Positions 20,295-24,877 of a DNA stretch of 24,877 bases are shown in pieces. Location of the stretch: contig NW_021836391.1 in NCBI RefSeq assembly GCF_006345805.1, positions 1-24,877 of the forward strand, read 5' to 3'. The DNA is from Octopus sinensis. Its lineage: Eukaryota. How positions within the stretch are numbered: position 1 is the first letter of the stretch; the number at the start of each line of letters is the position of its first letter. Under the pieces are notes generated by a model, which saw only the letters and a program-made list of their open reading frames with translations, searched no databases and was not told where the DNA came from. The position numbers and the translations under genes are program-made.

Positions 20295-20568
20295 ATATGA
20301 CATGGCTTAGTCATGTTGCTTGATTTTCTGGGCTGGATTCTGCATACTGTGTTCTCTTCTCTGAGGACTCTGCTGGTTGATGGGCTCTTTTTGGATGGCC
20401 ATATGCTACATGACATGGTCACAGTGAATGAAGAATTGTCTCACAGAAATGGGGACTGACTGGGACATTGTTTGGAGGGTTGGCAAAGATCACCTGAGCA
20501 AATACTGATAAATGGTGGATGCAATAACACAGTGTAATGGTGCATGCCCTCATACCTGACCTGACCTG
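20295..20568 (+). mobile_element. RTE-clade LINE 3' end with (CCTGA)n tail
   Basis: WLSHVA*FSGLDSAYCVLFSEDSAG*...GWPYAT and MVDAITQCNGACPHT*, followed by CCTGACCTGACCTG. Confidence 0.75.
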
Positions 20569-20692
20569 TTGGTTAGTATAGGAAGCTGGGGGGGGGGTAA
20601 GACGTTTACTATGATGAAAAAAGAAGTAAAGAAAGTTTTAAAGGTCTTCAGCTGTACATGTGACCGTCTTCAGAGTAAAAGTGTTAATATAT

Positions 20693-21083
20693 AACAAGAG
20701 CACTCAGAGAGCACAAATCTCCACCAAGGCAACGTCAACATCTTCTCAACGATTAGCTAGACATGATTTTTAAAATGAGAATATCTGAAATAAACTCGGC
20801 TGCTCTCACAAAAGAGAATACTAAAAATGAACTGGACTGCTCTCAAAAATTAAGTTAAAAAAAAAAAAAAAGCAGGAAAAATAATCCAGAATCCTTGTCT
20901 GATACTGGATCGATCTCAAAATTTAATCAGTTTGTGCCAGTCATGAGGCCAAACATCCCTGGAAGTTTCATCTGAATTCATCCAGCAGTTCTTGAGATAT
21001 CTTGTCCATGGAGAAGCAAACAAACAAACAAACAAACACAACTGAAAACATTACCTCTGCCTTCGCTAAGGTGGAGGTAATAA
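20693..21083 (-). mobile_element. Complete Helentron-associated element (HINE/DINE-1-like)
   Basis: Minus strand starts TTATTACCTCCACCTTAGCGAAGGCAGAGGT, has (GTTT)n, and ends with subTIR GGTGGAGAT plus hairpin GTGCTCTCTGAGTGC and TCTTGTT; TT at both ends, no TSD. Confidence 0.75.
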
Positions 21084-21503
21084 AAGTGTATTTGTGGTTG
21101 AGCAGTTGAGCATACTAATATAATTCACAGTCATTATTACATGTTTATTTAAAAATTAAAAAAAATTTTTTTTAATTATTTCTGTTTCTCAAACAAAGCA
21201 TTGAGTTGACAGAATAATTTGCTCAAATAAAAAAAACGCTGAGAGATATTTCTTATGACTCCTTATGTTCTGAGTTCAAGTTTCACAGGGGTCAGCTTTA
21301 CCTTTCGTCTTTTGGGGTCAATAAAATAAAATACAAGTCCAGTCAAACACTGGGGTCAATGTAATCAAGTTGACTTCTTTCCTCAGAATTGCATGTCTTG
21401 AATCCTACAACAGACCAGCATCTCATTCTGGAGTAATGTGGTGACCTTGGTCACTCACATGCCATAAAGTCAGGTAACCACCCTTAAGAGTGTTAGGGCT
21501 CAA

Positions 21504-21547
<44 letters not shown>

Positions 21548-21574
21548 GATTTCTCAGCATTTCATTGTTCCTTA

Positions 21575-21790
21575 AGGCAGTGAGCTGGCAGAAATGTTAC
21601 CATGCTGGGCAAAATGCTTAGCAGCATTTTATCTGTCTTTATGTTCTGAGTTCAAATTCCACTGAGGTTTGACTTTGCCTTTTGTCCAGTTGGGGGTCAA
21701 TAAATTAAGTATCAGTTGAGTACTGGTGGTGGGGGGGAGCAATAAAACAAGTACAAGTTGAGTACTGGGCTCAATGTAATCGACTTACTT
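21575..21790 (+). mobile_element. SINE family B-like, degenerate (further relics at 8290-8370, 18180-18290, 21260-21370)
   Basis: GGCAGTGAGCTGGCAGAA...GAGTTCAAATTCC...GACTTTGCCTTT...GGGGTCAATAAATTAAGTA. Confidence 0.8.
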
Positions 21791-22559
21791 CCTTCCTTCC
21801 TTGAAATTGCTGATCTTTGCCAAAATTTTAAACTAATATTTCAATGTCCATCACTTAGCCATCCTTCCCGTCTGTCTGCCTAATCCATCCATCTGTCACT
21901 CTCTTTCTATCCTAATCCTTTTCTTCATTCTCTCCTTTCTCTCCTTTCATCTGTTATTCTTTCTCAATTTACTTCTCTCTCTCTCTCTAATCTCGTTTAT
22001 TAGTTTGCTACTTCTTTCTCTTTCCATTCCTTCTCATTCTCCAGTCTCGCCTCGCTTCAGAAATTCTTCTACCGTCTTTTACTTCATCTCGCTACATTCA
22101 TGCTATTAACGTACTCTGTTCCGTTCTTTCTTGTTTTCATTCTACCATTTCTTCTTAACCTCTTGTATTTTCCCCCTCTTCTCCATATGTCCACACACAT
22201 ACACATTCATGCAAACACATACACACACATTCATGCAAGCACATACATACACTTGAAATATTCTTTCTCTTGCTTTGTATCTTTCTTTGACTGTCTCTGT
22301 TCCTCTGTTTCTTGTCTCTTTCTCTCAGTTCTTTTTCATTTTTTCCCCATCCTTCTCAAACTTTTCTTTATCTCTTTTTCCCTTTTCTTCTCATGTCCTT
22401 TCCTTATTGTCTCCACCCTTCCACCTCTCTCTCTGTCTTTGTCTCTGTCTGTCTATCTGTTTCTCTCTCTCTCTCTCTCTATTTTCACCCTCATCACAAA
22501 CTTTGCCGCTCACTTCCACCCCATGTCAGTCATCACCAAGTCTACCAAAACTGTTGCTA

Positions 22560-22865
22560 CAACCACCATCACCACCACTGTCACCATTACTACCAACATC
22601 ACCGCCACCTCTGCCACCACCACCACCACCACCACCATTGCCACTACTAGTTACCACCACCACCTCCATTGCTACCACTACCATTGCCACTACCACTACC
22701 ACCACCACTACCATCACCATTACTACTGCCACTATCACCACCAACACTAACATCACCACCACCACTACTACTACTATTACTGCCACTATGGTCACAACCA
22801 CTACTACTACTGCCACCACTACCTACCACTGCAACCACCACCATCACCTCCATCATCATCATCAT
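22560..22865. repeat. Degenerate (ACC/ACT)n trinucleotide tract preceded by a long pyrimidine-rich tract (about 21860-22490)
   Basis: Visible directly; source of the poly-Thr/Pro/His pseudo-ORFs. Confidence 0.9.
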
Positions 22866-23689
22866 CTCTGCCATCAATTATCATTAGTATACAGATAATG
22901 CACAATTCCTTTGCAGCACTTTTGCGGATGCAATGTATTAAGAGAACATTAGAAAATTTCCATGAGTCTACATGGAACAAATTCGATTTTATCACCTATA
23001 ATCCCTGCCTTCTGTGAGAGAGAGAGATTTTGGTACTTTGCATGAAAAGCTATGATAAAGAAAAAGTAAAAAAAAAACAAAAAACAAAACAAAAACAAAA
23101 GAAAAAACAAAACCAAAAGTCTTTGTGCTTTTTATCTTTTCTGAGCTTCAAGATCTCTCTAGCACACAAACAACACAAGAGCAGTTAAACAATAAAAGGG
23201 GGTCGCCCCGTCTTGGAAGTATTTATACACAAAAATCAAACAACTTCGACAATAAAGCCAAAAGCAACAACAACAACAATAACAATAACAAACAAAACAA
23301 ACAAAAGTGTTGTACGATGGGTTTTTTTTTCTTTTTCTTCTTATTTTTCTTATTTTTCTTCTCTTTCCTTTTATTCTTATTCTTATTCTTTCTCGGATCT
23401 TTACAATGTTAATTATTTTCCGCATTCTTTTTTCTCCAAGAGCTAGCTTGTGCACTCGTAGACCACAGATGCCATCGCACAGCCATCAGTTTTCATGTCT
23501 CTTCGTATCGTATCACACATCAAACAAAGGACCATCTTTACTTTACGCCTCTATTTCACCAACGGGGATCACTGTGGTATCTTTGGTGTCTAAGAGGAAC
23601 AGTGAGATGCAGTCTGATGGGTGTAGTCGCTATGTACAAACACTGGTTGCGTAGATACTGCACATATGTTCCATGTATGCATGTGTCTG

Positions 23690-24202
23690 TTTATGTATGC
23701 CTGATATATGTTTGTATATATATATATATATATATATGTATATGTATGTGTGTGTCTGTATAGACACATACATATATGCATATACTCACAGGCACACATA
23801 TAAGCATATCTTTGCATATATTATATCTATACATGCACACATGTATGTATTTGTATATATAGTATACACATTATATATATATAGTATATATATAGCATAC
23901 ACATATAGTGTATATAGCATACACATATATATATTATATAGCATACACATATATATAGTATATATAGCATACAATATATATAGCATACACATATATATAG
24001 CATTATAGCATCACACATATATAGTATATATAGCATACACATATATATAGCATACACATATATATAGCATATATAGCATACACACATATATATAGTATAT
24101 ATAGCATAAACATATATATATATAGTATATATAGCATGCACATATATAGAGTATGTATAGTATACACATATATGCATATTTGTGTGTGTGTGTGTGTACA
24201 TA

Positions 24203-24239
<37 letters not shown>

Positions 24240-24260
24240 ACATATATATACACAGTGTGC
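23690..24260. repeat. TA-rich compound micro/minisatellite with a recurrent TATATAGCATACACATA unit
   Basis: The unit recurs many times in 23885-24145. Confidence 0.88.
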
Positions 24261-24289
24261 AGAGATGTGTGTGTATGTGCATGTGTAAG

Positions 24290-24440
24290 TATAGCTCTGT
24301 GGTTAAGAAATTTGCTTCCCAACCATATGATTTCAGGTTCAGTCCCACTGTATGGTACCTTGGGAAAGTATCTGCTACTATAGTCTCTCATAAACCAAAG
24401 CTCTGTGAATAATTTTGGTTGGCAGAACCTGAAACAAGCT
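24290..24440 (+). mobile_element. Degenerate SINE family A, 5' part
   Basis: GCTCTGTGGTTAAGAA...CAGGTTCAGTCCCACTG...ACCTTGGG. Confidence 0.75.
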
Positions 24441-24465
24441 ATTATAGACATTTATATCAACACCT

Positions 24466-24620
24466 TCATCGTTCAATGTCCGTTTTCCATGCTGGATTGT
24501 GTTGAACATTATGACAGGAACCAATGTGCCAAAAGACTGTATGAAACTTCATCGTCTGTTCTGGCATGGTTTATATGGCTAGATGCCCTTCCTTACACCA
24601 AACACTTTATAAAATATAAT
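24466..24620 (-). mobile_element. Degenerate family D retroposon
   Basis: GTCCGTTTTCCATGCTGG and GGCTAGATGCCCTTCCT match family D in reverse. Confidence 0.65.
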
Positions 24621-24722
24621 GGTTATTTTTTTTTTGTGACTCTAGCTTTTGATACCAGCCCAACTGAGACTGCCTCTGGCTCTGTAGTATAAATGTCTTG
24701 TTTTCAAAAGTTCTGAATTAAC

Positions 24723-24866
24723 TTCTGGTTGAAGTCCTTCATTATCGGCTGAAAAGAGGTTGCCACAGTTCTAGGACAGCACTCTTCGCCTTATGAGGTG
24801 ACATCTGGTGTCCCACAGGTATCTGTTCTTGGCCCCCTTTTATTTGTTGCATATGATGCCAACTTA
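24723..24866 (+). mobile_element. CR1-group reverse transcriptase fragment, decayed
   Basis: FWLKSFIIG*KEVATVLGQHSSPYEVTSGVPQVSVLGPLLFVAY matches the SGVPQGSVLGPLLF RT motif. Confidence 0.9.
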
Positions 24867-24877
24867 AAGAATGCCAC

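Noticed and set aside
22100-22898. Longest ORFs (216 and 207 aa) and their antisense partners
   Set aside because: They are translations of pyrimidine tracts and (ACC)n repeats, open in several frames on both strands with no domain signal.
23590-24451. Multiple Tyr/Ile/Cys/Met-rich ORFs
   Set aside because: Artefacts of TA/CA microsatellites and a SINE head.

Overview
AT-rich, microsatellite-dense eukaryotic DNA. The SINE repertoire looks like an octopus (coleoid cephalopod) genome; this is recognition from memory, not a search. Nearly all ORFs in the supplied track are microsatellite or repeat noise. The only well-supported host coding sequence is two short spliced + strand exons missed by the track (16135-16276 and 19310-19446). 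They join in frame to encode a winged-helix domain resembling an invertebrate winged-helix plus nucleoside-phosphorylase protein family. The rest is transposon debris: three tRNA-headed SINE groups, a (GAT)n-tailed retroposon, CR1-group and RTE LINE fragments, piggyBac-, mariner- and pogo-type MITEs, and Helentron-type HINEs. The most interesting hidden structure is a set of about 8 loci, mostly beside (TA)n tracts, carrying minimal type I hammerhead-ribozyme motifs with palindromic stem III, the Penelope-like element signature. Five of them are foldback palindromes, and two of those fold at the position of the ribozyme's stem II. A LINE 3' end and a SINE tail also share a double hairpin with compensatory changes.
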